Shown piece by piece: positions 1-8,826 of a stretch of DNA of 20,000 bases. Both the position numbers and the translations under genes were made by a program. The notes below the pieces were generated by a model. It searched no databases. It was given only the letters and a program-made list of their open reading frames with translations, and was not told the DNA's origin. The first letter of the stretch is position 1; every line of letters starts with the position of its first letter. Origin of the DNA: an uncultured virus (IMG/VR IMGVR_UViG_3300017758_004847) (Duplodnaviria > Heunggongvirae > Uroviricota > Caudoviricetes); the IMG/VR virus record IMGVR_UViG_3300017758_004847, one strand, 5' to 3'.

Positions 1-603
1 TGTATTATCAAAAACTTTGTTATCTATTTTTTCCATAAGATCAAAAAATAGTTTACTGTATGTTTTATCCATATAAACAAAACTCTCTTTTGTGTCAATA
101 TCAGTGAGTGTTAATTCAGGTAATTGATTTATCGTTTTTGAAACCATTGATTTGAAAGGATAGTCACTATCATGGTCTTGTCCTTTTGGGATTCTACAAA
201 AATAATATTTGTAGAGTTCTTCCATGATTTGATCTTTTTTATATCCATTTGGTAAGGACATATCTATGTGACTAAATAGAAAATCCTGTTGGTATGTATC
301 AAAATCGATCTTATCAAACATTAAAGTATCGGTATCAATGTGTAGAAATGGTTCTGTGATAGATTCATAAACTTTCAATTTTGGGATACTCCATGTGTCC
401 ATATCACTTTTCTTAACCACGTTATAATTAAGTGTGTCATATGGTAACCCCATTTCCCTCATTTGGTCACACGCTTTCTCATCACCATAGAACGAGATAT
501 TACCATAATGTTTTTTCGCCAACAAAAGACTGAGGTATTGTACATACAATAACTCTTTCCAAATTAAATCATGTTTATCTATATATGTGTGAACTACCTT
601 CAT
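1..603 (-). CDS. DUF6734-like putative GT-A fold glycosyltransferase (3' truncated by window edge)
   Basis: Not in the ORF track. ATG at 603-601, frame open to position 1: MKVVHTYIDKHDLIWKELLYVQYLSLLLAKKHYGNISFYGD...LPYD...WSIPKLKVYESITEPFLHIDTDTL. The W..PKL..Y....EPFLHID.D motif with a DxD is what I recall for DUF6734. Confidence 0.7.
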   Translation of the reverse strand, partial: MKVVHTYIDKHDLIWKELLYVQYLSLLLAKKHYGNISFYGDEKACDQMREMGLPYDTLNYNVVKKSDMDTWSIPKLKVYESITEPFLHIDTDTLMFDKIDFDTYQQDFLFSHIDMSLPNGYKKDQIMEELYKYYFCRIPKGQDHDSDYPFKSMVSKTINQLPELTLTDIDTKESFVYMDKTYSKLFFDLMEKIDNKVFDNT

Positions 604-604
604 A

Positions 605-724
605 TTAATGTTTGTAAATAAATGGGTCTCTTTTTTTCAATTCCTCCATTTTTTTCTTGAACTCCTTTTCTTTACGTTTTTTATCTTTTCGTTCTTTAAA
701 CCAACGAACTATCTTTCCAATCAT
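605..724 (-). CDS. 39-aa lysine-rich small protein ending RDPFIYKH; SxtK/DUF5989-like termini
   Basis: Below the ORF track cutoff. Manual translation: MIGKIVRWFKERKDKKRKEKEFKKKMEELKKRDPFIYKH*. Stop TAA at 607-605, 1 nt before the next ATG. Fills the gap in the operon. Confidence 0.8.
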   Translation of the reverse strand: MIGKIVRWFKERKDKKRKEKEFKKKMEELKKRDPFIYKH

Positions 725-754
725 GTTTTAAATTTTTTTACTTTCACTATAGTA

Positions 755-1048
755 TTATTTTCCTATTTCATCTTTAAACATTACTTTAAAGGTTCTCAAC
801 ATATAAAATACTTTATGTGCCAATGCGACAGTAATTGATAGACCTATTCCACCTAAAAATAATCTTATATCAGTTATAAAAGTTTTACCAATAGCAGCAT
901 AACCAATAGTCATAAAAGTATCTAAACCTATCATTACAGGAACCATCCCCAATATATTTTTTGGAAATAATTTGCACAACTCAACCACTATATAATTAAC
1001 TAATATTAGTAACACCAATAATACTAATCCTAATAAAAAATCTCCCAT
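755..1048 (-). CDS. Small hypothetical membrane protein (2-3 hydrophobic segments); positional analogue of SxtJ
   Basis: 97 aa with hydrophobic stretches FLLGLVLLVLLILVNYIVV, ILGMVPVMIGLDTFMTIGYAAIG and LFLGGIGLSITVALA. Starts 3 nt after the carbamoyltransferase stop. Confidence 0.65.
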   Translation of the reverse strand: MGDFLLGLVLLVLLILVNYIVVELCKLFPKNILGMVPVMIGLDTFMTIGYAAIGKTFITDIRLFLGGIGLSITVALAHKVFYMLRTFKVMFKDEIGK

Positions 1049-1051
1049 ATT

Positions 1052-2716
1052 TTATTTTTTAAAAATTAAAAAGTTATGTAACACCAAAATGTCAATGTCA
1101 GTCTGATCAAATGTTTTTAAAGCATCTTCAGGTGTCAACACCATTGTCTTATCTTTTATATTAAATGAAGTATTCAATAGTATTGGATAAGAAGTGATTT
1201 TTTCAAACTCAACTAAGAGTTTGTGTATTGTGTTTTTATTGTCTACCGATTGGACTCTCGAAGTTCCATCAACATGAACAACTGCAGGTAAACTCATTCG
1301 GTGCATTTCATTTACTTTAACCACTTGATTCATATATGGAACATCATCTATAACATCAAAAAATTCTTTTTGTCTCTCTTTGGTGACCATCGGAGCAAAA
1401 GGTCTAAAACCTTCTCTTCTTTTGACCATCTTATTAATCCTATCCTTCATTTTTGGATTTCTCGGATCTGCTAATATTGACCTGTGTCCAAGTGCTCTCG
1501 CACCAAACTCAATTTGATGTCTATACCAACCAATGACTTTACCTTTTTTTATTTCATTTGCAACTATTCTATAAATGTTATTTTCATTCACATAGAGGAA
1601 GTTACGTTTAGTTAAGTGTCTTTTAAATTTAATATTAACATTATAGGAAGGACCCAAAAATGGTGTGTTAGGTATAGTGACTTTGGAACCTATATTTGTA
1701 TAGTAGTTTACTACTGACCCAATGGATGATCCCGCATCTGAAGGTGCTGGTGGCACCCATACACTTTTAAATTTAGTCTTAGTATATACCTTTCCGTTTG
1801 CTAGTCCATTGTATGCACATCCACCACCCAAACATAGATTATGGGTTTTATATTTTTTTTGAGTGTAGTTTAGTAATTGAAATAACACCTCCTCAAATAC
1901 TAACTGTACCCCATAAGCAAGATCCTTATGTTTTTTTGTTATCCTTTCTTCAGGTAATCGAGGTAATAGATTAAGATACTCTGATAATTTATAGTTAAAC
2001 ATAACTTTACCATTACTATCCCAAGTAAAATAATTCATGTCACAATCTATCTTACCATTAACAAAAGTAATTAATTTCCTTAGATCCTTTACGATTGGTG
2101 TCGTCTTCCCATATGAACTCAAACCCATAACTTTATATTCACCCTCATTTGGTCTAAAACCTAAAAAGGATGTCATCGCAGAATAAAATAATCCCATAGA
2201 GTGTGGGTATGATGATACTGTTTCAACATCTAACTTTTTACCATTATAATAGGATATTGTTGTTGTGTCGTACTCACCAACACCATCAATGGACACCACT
2301 GCCGATTCTTTGTATGGTGAACTGAAAGATGAATAGTATAAATGTGAATGGTGATGTTTAGAGTAAAATATATTATCTGATAATTTAGGTAATAGTCTTT
2401 TAAGTTCTCTCTTATTTTTAAGGAAGTTGAGGTAGTTTCTTAGAGAATATAATGGTTTTTTAAAAAATAGTTTTTTTGAATATTCGACTACTCTTTCCTT
2501 CTTAAGTGAAGGATCCTCATAGAAACATACCACCTCAACGTTCTCCTTATTTAATTTGTAAGTATCTTTTATATAATTTAAGGTTTCTTTAGGAAAACTA
2601 CTATCATGTTTAATACCCGTGAACTTTTCTTCCTCACAAGCAAAGATTAATTTTCGGTCTTTAAACAGTGCGACCGAAGAGTCATGATAATAACAAGATA
2701 TTCCTATTGAAAACAT
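1052..2716 (-). CDS. O-carbamoyltransferase, NodU/CmcH/TobZ family
   Basis: Motifs YHDSSVAL, EEEKF..IKHD, HHHSH, DGVGE, EYKVMGLSSYG, GGCAYN, EFGARALGHRSILADP, RREGFRPFAP, HVDGTSRVQSV and LLNTSFN; 554 aa, consistent with both Kae1-like and YrdC-like domains. Confidence 0.95.
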   Translation of the reverse strand: MFSIGISCYYHDSSVALFKDRKLIFACEEEKFTGIKHDSSFPKETLNYIKDTYKLNKENVEVVCFYEDPSLKKERVVEYSKKLFFKKPLYSLRNYLNFLKNKRELKRLLPKLSDNIFYSKHHHSHLYYSSFSSPYKESAVVSIDGVGEYDTTTISYYNGKKLDVETVSSYPHSMGLFYSAMTSFLGFRPNEGEYKVMGLSSYGKTTPIVKDLRKLITFVNGKIDCDMNYFTWDSNGKVMFNYKLSEYLNLLPRLPEERITKKHKDLAYGVQLVFEEVLFQLLNYTQKKYKTHNLCLGGGCAYNGLANGKVYTKTKFKSVWVPPAPSDAGSSIGSVVNYYTNIGSKVTIPNTPFLGPSYNVNIKFKRHLTKRNFLYVNENNIYRIVANEIKKGKVIGWYRHQIEFGARALGHRSILADPRNPKMKDRINKMVKRREGFRPFAPMVTKERQKEFFDVIDDVPYMNQVVKVNEMHRMSLPAVVHVDGTSRVQSVDNKNTIHKLLVEFEKITSYPILLNTSFNIKDKTMVLTPEDALKTFDQTDIDILVLHNFLIFKK

Positions 2717-3880
2717 TTACTTTCTTGTATTTCCGTAATGAACGACTTTTATGTTTTTATTTGTTGTGAATGATCTCCACGGATCTAAAATCACCGAACC
2801 TTCAGGAAAATCGTAATCGTGATCCTTACCCATGTGTGCTAATAGATAAACACCAAGTATTGGAGTTTTCAAATCAAACTGAACTGACAAACCTTGTTCT
2901 TCAATATAATGTCCTACTAATATGGATGATGAACCGTCAACATAATTTACATTGGGTTTGTAAGCTTTACCCAATATGATTATAGGTAAATCACTCTCTT
3001 TAGATAATTCAACTAACCTATTCGCCATATTCTTCGCTTGTACTTCTCTTGCCGACATAATAGAATCAAATAAATCATACCCTAAACCCAACTTATCTGC
3101 CATGAATCTCAGTGCAATATTGTCTCTTGGGTGGCATCCTCCACCATCACCCATACCCGCTTTCATATACGCAGGTCCCAAAATTCTATAGGTTGACCTT
3201 TCAAGTGCACCCGTGATAATATCAGTATTAATATTACCTGATTTTTCTGCCACGTCTTGGATCATATTAACCAAAGCTACCTTCGTTGATATGAATGTAT
3301 TGTAGAATATTTTAATTCCTTCCGCCTCGTCCCATGTACCAACTTCGTATCTTGTACCATCAGTAATAAATGTTCTATAGAAGTCTAATAGAAGTTTAGC
3401 GTCCCCTGTCATAGTTCCATCTTCAGTACCTATAATAACCATCTCAGGATTTACCATGTCCCACTTAACAGTCCCCATAGCGATCAAATATGGGTTGTAT
3501 ATAAACCTACCATTAGGGATTAACTCAATAAACTCTCTTCTGATTGTACCAGGTAATACTGTTGATATTAAAACAACTAATTGTTCTTTAGATACGTGTT
3601 TATTTGTCTCTATTAAAATATCTTTTACGATCTGATAATTAAAATCTTTATTGGGTAAATGTGAAGTGGGGTATCTACCATCATAATCAGGATGGTGTGG
3701 TGTTGGAACAGCGATGAATATTAATTCACGGTCTTCACAAACCTCTTTTATTGTACTAACCATTTTAAAATTATCTGGTTTTACTTCATTGATGTCATAA
3801 CCAAGTACATCGTGTTTTTCGGCCATTACCTCAGCCGCATCTTTTCCGAGTTTCCCAACCCCTATGAAACCTATTTTCAT
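2717..3880 (-). CDS. UDP-glucose/GDP-mannose dehydrogenase family NDP-sugar dehydrogenase (atypical active site)
   Basis: Rossmann motif IGFIGVGKLG, FIAVPTP, STVLPGT, AEGIKIFYNTF (catalytic K/N), GDGGGCHPRD (catalytic Cys), ILGKAYKPN and DPWR. Confidence 0.9.
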   Translation of the reverse strand: MKIGFIGVGKLGKDAAEVMAEKHDVLGYDINEVKPDNFKMVSTIKEVCEDRELIFIAVPTPHHPDYDGRYPTSHLPNKDFNYQIVKDILIETNKHVSKEQLVVLISTVLPGTIRREFIELIPNGRFIYNPYLIAMGTVKWDMVNPEMVIIGTEDGTMTGDAKLLLDFYRTFITDGTRYEVGTWDEAEGIKIFYNTFISTKVALVNMIQDVAEKSGNINTDIITGALERSTYRILGPAYMKAGMGDGGGCHPRDNIALRFMADKLGLGYDLFDSIMSAREVQAKNMANRLVELSKESDLPIIILGKAYKPNVNYVDGSSSILVGHYIEEQGLSVQFDLKTPILGVYLLAHMGKDHDYDFPEGSVILDPWRSFTTNKNIKVVHYGNTRK

Positions 3881-4908
3881 ATCAGTTCTTTATTTTTATA
3901 ATTTATTTTTCCTTTGTATTTTTTTAAACCTAAACCCTTTGATATACAAGTCTCTCTAATTTTCAAGAACCATATCCAATGACCTGTTTCATTAAAGTGC
4001 CAATCATTTAGTTTGGATAATTGTAAGTGGGAATAAGAACTATCTATTAAGTCCATTTCTTGTATTAATCTTTCTTTATCAACAACCAAGTTCACAAAAC
4101 TTGGTATACGTTCAAAAAAATCCATTTCTAATGATAAAGGTAATTTTGTGTTTACATTACATAATTCACACACATATCTTTGTGCGGGTGTTTCAATAAT
4201 TTTAATATTATCGTGTGTGTCGTCATTGACTGATATGAATTCATTAAAGTTTTTCCAAACCAATCCTTCAACATTATACTTACCAAGTATTTCACTTATT
4301 CTTTGGAATATTATTTTCTCATACTCCTTAAACCACGACTCAAAATCGTATGGTTTGTTTATTTTATAATCGTTGTTTTCTTGAAATAGTTCTCCTAACC
4401 CAAAATCGTCCCAATCGTTACTATGTCTTGAACATCTACCTGGTGATGTAATTTGTATTAATACAAATATCCTTTCGTAACTTTTATTATTAAGTATCCA
4501 CTTTAGACCCTCATCTAAATCTTTAAGTATGTCTATGTTTGATTGACCTGCGGTTGCACATTGTAGAAAGTCAGTATCTAACCACTCACTTACTTTAGTT
4601 GAAAATATTTTGGAAATTCTATATGATAAGTTGTCTTTATTTTCGGCACATTTAACAAATGGTTTTAAACTATCACCATACGTCCAACTTTCACCAACAA
4701 CTAATGTAATGTCTTTCTTTCCTCTATCGGCGTAAATAATTTCTCCATTTTGTAGATCATCCCATTGGTGTATTTTCTCACACGAAAACACAAAATCCGA
4801 TTCTTTTAAATCGGGTATGAGTTCGGATGACTCCTGATAATAACTATTGTTTTTTCTCAGGTATCGTCTCTTACCATTATACTTACCTACAGGACCGTAG
4901 TCTGACAT
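3877..4908 (-). CDS. SGNH/GDSL-like hydrolase-fold protein (possible O-acyl esterase or transferase)
   Basis: Block I-like LVVGESWTYGD, block II-like AGQSN and C-terminal DWHFNETGH (D-x-H...GH). Confidence 0.6.
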   Translation of the reverse strand: MSDYGPVGKYNGKRRYLRKNNSYYQESSELIPDLKESDFVFSCEKIHQWDDLQNGEIIYADRGKKDITLVVGESWTYGDSLKPFVKCAENKDNLSYRISKIFSTKVSEWLDTDFLQCATAGQSNIDILKDLDEGLKWILNNKSYERIFVLIQITSPGRCSRHSNDWDDFGLGELFQENNDYKINKPYDFESWFKEYEKIIFQRISEILGKYNVEGLVWKNFNEFISVNDDTHDNIKIIETPAQRYVCELCNVNTKLPLSLEMDFFERIPSFVNLVVDKERLIQEMDLIDSSYSHLQLSKLNDWHFNETGHWIWFLKIRETCISKGLGLKKYKGKINYKNKELI

Positions 4909-4941
4909 ATACTAAATCTTAAATAAACCATTATTACTGAT

Positions 4942-4970
4942 AAAGTATGATTTTTTTGGGTTTAAGTAAA
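4942..4970 (-). promoter_or_regulatory. Candidate sigma70-like promoter TTTACT-N17-TACTTT upstream of the SGNH-like gene
   Basis: Lies in one of the few intergenic gaps (4909-4978), with an exact 17-nt spacer. The AT-rich background makes a chance match possible. Confidence 0.3.
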
Positions 4971-4978
4971 GTATATTT

Positions 4979-5992
4979 TCAAATAAGGTATCCGTTTATG
5001 GATTTTTCAATTACCTCGTAAATTTTATCTATTCTTCCCCATTTATTTGTAATTTGATCATAGGATGTGTCACACCAATCGGTTAGATGAGAAATATCTT
5101 TATTGTGATATTTTTTGTAGTATTGTTTTGTCTTTTCTAACATATTGGGAGCGGAAAGTAAGATAAATTTCTTATTCATCTGAACACACTTAGTTGTTTT
5201 TTCGGTAATGAAATGTCTATCGTGATTGATATCACTTTCCAACACCACAACAAACTCAACTAAATCATATGGTGTTGAATCATATCTACGTGTATGTGAA
5301 ACTTTAAAATCAAAGGTGTCTACATCTAATAATTTGTTTCCTCCCATTTTCAAAATACCCTCTTTAACTCTTAACTTCTGTTCTATTGGTGAATCTGACA
5401 TAAAATAATCATAGACAGTCTCATTTGTAAATGATGAAAGGGGTTCGAACCCAAAGTAGGATATATGACCATATTTATGAAGGTCATTACCAAAAATTAA
5501 ACCCGTAATTGCTGTTCTAAAATCTTTTGATTTACCACCCAACATTAGAAATTTTTTTCTGTCGAGATCTTTGTGTTGAATTTTAATTGGCACGTAATAA
5601 TCCTCGTATTTGACAAAAAATTGCTCGACAATCAATGTTACTCCCTTATCTCTAAGGTTATAAAATTTTTTTTCATAATTATTTGTTGGTCCGTTTGTGA
5701 GAATCGTAAGTGTTGATAGATTGTCATGTATTTGTATTCTATCAATAAAATTTTCGGATATCAACTCTGTTGTTGAATCGTAATATATCTTTTTATTATT
5801 CTCCTTAGAATATACTATAAGTTCAACAAAATCATTGTAGAATTTGTCATAAAGTGCATCATAATTAGTGAGTAAGATTATTTCACAATTCTCTATCGTA
5901 TTAACGATATTTTTGGGTCGTAATATCGACAAGTTTTCGTCAATATAGTTGCAACTTGAATTATAGAAATATAGGGGTTCATTAATAATCAT
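4979..5992 (-). CDS. Putative GT-B/GT10-like glycosyltransferase (conserved phage protein)
   Basis: C-terminal FVVVLES...FITEKTTK...KFILL...WCDTSYD...RIDKI is paralogous to the neighbouring 472-aa gene. E-S...TEK resembles the GT10 'FEN...Y.TEK' donor-binding motif. Confidence 0.45.
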   Translation of the reverse strand: MIINEPLYFYNSSCNYIDENLSILRPKNIVNTIENCEIILLTNYDALYDKFYNDFVELIVYSKENNKKIYYDSTTELISENFIDRIQIHDNLSTLTILTNGPTNNYEKKFYNLRDKGVTLIVEQFFVKYEDYYVPIKIQHKDLDRKKFLMLGGKSKDFRTAITGLIFGNDLHKYGHISYFGFEPLSSFTNETVYDYFMSDSPIEQKLRVKEGILKMGGNKLLDVDTFDFKVSHTRRYDSTPYDLVEFVVVLESDINHDRHFITEKTTKCVQMNKKFILLSAPNMLEKTKQYYKKYHNKDISHLTDWCDTSYDQITNKWGRIDKIYEVIEKSINGYLI

Positions 5993-7407
5993 ATTAAAGT
6001 CTTTGACTCTTTGTCCCCAAAATCTTCCAATTCATCTAAAAGATTGTATAATGATTCACCCTTCATTAAGATATTAAAGTTATGAATCAACGTTGGTAAC
6101 ATTTCTTGTGTTATTTTATAACATTTATCCATATCCCAAGACGCTATTGTCTCCATTACCTTAATTATCTTATCCATCCTCTTGTGAAAATCAAGTTCTT
6201 CATCATAACTCTCGTCCCACCACTTGTCAAAAGTTTTAAAACCTTGTTTTCTCAAAACTTTCAATGATTGTGGGTTGCCCACCATAATAAATGGTTGTGC
6301 ACAGAACATGGGTTTATATGTTTTCTCTGAAAAAAATACGGTTTCATGGTGTATAAGTGATTCACTCACAATATTGACAAAAGATTCTTTGTGTGCTGTT
6401 GTGTTAAAGGTGTTTGCTTTATTATTTTCAAGGTCAGGTTCATCATACCACGTATGAACACGACAATCATAATTTTCATAAAAATTAACTATGTCTTTTT
6501 TCCATTCATATACGTCGGGCACTTGTCCCTCAACCCATTGTTTGTAGAATTGTTTGTCGTCTGTGTCCGCACCACCAAGTGTTGATATGAATTTATCTTT
6601 GAATATGTCTTTACTATTGAGTACTCCGAATAGAATCACTCTGTGTAACTTTGGGACACGATTGAAATTTAAAAAGTGGTGTGTCTTTCTTTCTGTTAAT
6701 GAATGAGTAATAAATTCCTGTAATTTTTCTCTCGCCATTCTGTCGGCATTTGGGTCTGTTATGTGACCTGGATTCGTGAACCATAAATTTGATTGAAAGT
6801 ATGAGTATTCTATAATCTTAAACGAATCCTTACCTATCAATCCACGTTCTTCTAATGATTTTTTTCTTTGGTCCGCAATAAAGTTAGTTGATATACCTAT
6901 TAAGGAGTTTGAACTTAACTCATACTTGTTTGATAAACGATCTAACCATATAAAATTTTTATCATCCTCACCAAAGAAACCTTCTGTTGGTTGAATAAAA
7001 CATATTTTACAATTACCGTTTCTTGCGTCTTGGATTATTTTACTGGGTATGTCTATAGTTTGATATTTTTTGAATATCTCATTACTATATATAACAATGG
7101 GGTATATATAATTAACTCTAATATTTGTAATTTCATCAAGTGTATATACCTTATGTCTGTTGTAGTTGTGATCTAAAAAAACTTGTATCTGTTGACTCCT
7201 AAATAATTCAATTAGTTCCAAAAATTTAGGATCCTCACCACCTTTAATATGATACGGAAATTTTATTCCATATGTATCTTCAATAACTTTTAAGTTAGTA
7301 TAATCACCAGTGTGCCAAGGATGCACATCATATTGTGCAATATTAGAGTTTGGGTATTCTCTTTTGCCGTTTCTGTAGATTAATATTTCATTGTAGACAA
7401 TATTCAC
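5989..7407 (-). CDS. Putative GT-B/GT10-like glycosyltransferase (conserved phage protein)
   Basis: FLNFNRVPKLHR, then SFVNIVSES...FFSEKTYKP...QPFIMVG...GFKTFDKWWDESYD. I recognise this family from aquatic phages; its SEK motif resembles the alpha-1,3-fucosyltransferase motif. Confidence 0.5.
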   Translation of the reverse strand: MNIVYNEILIYRNGKREYPNSNIAQYDVHPWHTGDYTNLKVIEDTYGIKFPYHIKGGEDPKFLELIELFRSQQIQVFLDHNYNRHKVYTLDEITNIRVNYIYPIVIYSNEIFKKYQTIDIPSKIIQDARNGNCKICFIQPTEGFFGEDDKNFIWLDRLSNKYELSSNSLIGISTNFIADQRKKSLEERGLIGKDSFKIIEYSYFQSNLWFTNPGHITDPNADRMAREKLQEFITHSLTERKTHHFLNFNRVPKLHRVILFGVLNSKDIFKDKFISTLGGADTDDKQFYKQWVEGQVPDVYEWKKDIVNFYENYDCRVHTWYDEPDLENNKANTFNTTAHKESFVNIVSESLIHHETVFFSEKTYKPMFCAQPFIMVGNPQSLKVLRKQGFKTFDKWWDESYDEELDFHKRMDKIIKVMETIASWDMDKCYKITQEMLPTLIHNFNILMKGESLYNLLDELEDFGDKESKTLI

Positions 7408-8826
7408 TTAGAGTTTGATTTCCTTACAATAATTATAGAACTCTTCTAATTCAGGAAAAGTTTTAACAAAATTCGTCCCTCTCCTTTCATCGTGAGCATT
7501 GAAGAATTTATAAAAATTATATTGGTTTCTCTTTAAAACATCGGGTTTTTGGTAAGATACCATCCAATCATATATCCTATGAAGTTTAGGTATTTCCATC
7601 ATGGTATACCCATAAGTTACCCCCATGTTATTGTGTTCACCATCGTGTATTATTTCTTGTAAGGATTCTGCTAACTTACCATGTGATTTCACGGTATCTG
7701 CAAAAGATTCTGGTAAAACCTGAACCGTTTGATGAAACGGGTGTCTTAAAAAAGAAGCGTCAAGTGAGATTGGTGTTGTCCAAGCTCTGTTGGTCGATGC
7801 ATATTCTCTCTTTAAATCATAAACACCCTTTATCAGTCTATCATATGACGGTACAGATAATGCATTATAAGTACTCATAATACCTATTGTCACACTTGGG
7901 CACTTTGTCAGAATTTTATTCATATTGTCCCAAAACTTATTAAAGACTAAACCACTTCTTCCATACTCCGCTTGTTCTCCCCATCCTTCTACGGAAGTGT
8001 ATACAACAAAAGATTTTACTTTGTTACCATCTTCAAGTCTATTTATTTTTTCAATAAATTTATCAATTAATTTATCGGGTATACCTAAATTACTATTGAT
8101 TGATAAGTTAAGTTCTCTATTGGGGTCTTCTTGGTCTATAATATAATCTAAAACTCTCCACGTGTCTTGACCTAACAATGGTTCACCACCAGTGATCCTA
8201 AAAGTATCTAAGTCCCTATAAAGATCGGGCCACCACTCCCAAAATGCGTCCACGTAAGGGTTATGTTCGGTGTGTTTATACGGCATCCTACCACTTGACT
8301 TTAACCAATCAAGATTATTGAATTGATCCGTCGTTGGGTATGCACCATGTTTATTGATTTCAGCAACCCACTGTGATGAGAAGGAAGGTCCACAATAAGA
8401 ACATTTGAAGTTACACTTATTTGAAAAGGACACCTCGACATACTTTGGGTTATAATCTTTATCCCAACCTAATTCTTTAATCTCTTTTAAGTATGGTTTG
8501 GACCAAGGTTCGTGTGACTTATATACCCTATCAGATATCTGGTCAGAGTTATCTTCTACCTTCCAACAATAATCACACTCCTTAGGTCGTTCACCCTCTA
8601 ACATTTCCTTTCTTTTAAGTTTCTTAAACTTAGTATTGTGGAGTGCGGATGGGTTAGTCTTTATTTCTTCCAACGGGATAGCGTGAGTGTCAGGGTGGTG
8701 ACATGAGTGTGTTCTACCTATATGTAAATGAATCGTAGTTTGTGTCCATTTAGCCAAACAAAACCCACATCCTGTCTTGTCCAACACATTCTTATAGTTT
8801 TGAAATTTTTTTATTTCTGCATTCAT
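7408..8826 (-). CDS. Radical SAM protein with N-terminal twitch-type auxiliary Fe-S domain
   Basis: CxxxCxxC (CNFKCSYC), SSQW, ITGGEPL, INSN and SVEG. N-terminal Cys cluster FCLAKW...SCHH...CDYCWKVE. Confidence 0.9.
   Translation of the reverse strand: MNAEIKKFQNYKNVLDKTGCGFCLAKWTQTTIHLHIGRTHSCHHPDTHAIPLEEIKTNPSALHNTKFKKLKRKEMLEGERPKECDYCWKVEDNSDQISDRVYKSHEPWSKPYLKEIKELGWDKDYNPKYVEVSFSNKCNFKCSYCGPSFSSQWVAEINKHGAYPTTDQFNNLDWLKSSGRMPYKHTEHNPYVDAFWEWWPDLYRDLDTFRITGGEPLLGQDTWRVLDYIIDQEDPNRELNLSINSNLGIPDKLIDKFIEKINRLEDGNKVKSFVVYTSVEGWGEQAEYGRSGLVFNKFWDNMNKILTKCPSVTIGIMSTYNALSVPSYDRLIKGVYDLKREYASTNRAWTTPISLDASFLRHPFHQTVQVLPESFADTVKSHGKLAESLQEIIHDGEHNNMGVTYGYTMMEIPKLHRIYDWMVSYQKPDVLKRNQYNFYKFFNAHDERRGTNFVKTFPELEEFYNYCKEIKL

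Noticed and set aside
1052..2716. Carbamoyltransferase as a 5-hydroxymethylcytosine DNA-modifying enzyme
   Set aside because: Such phage enzymes are known, but no dCMP hydroxymethylase/thymidylate synthase homologue or other DNA-metabolism gene is in this window, and the context is sugar enzymes and tail genes. Not excluded, only unsupported here.
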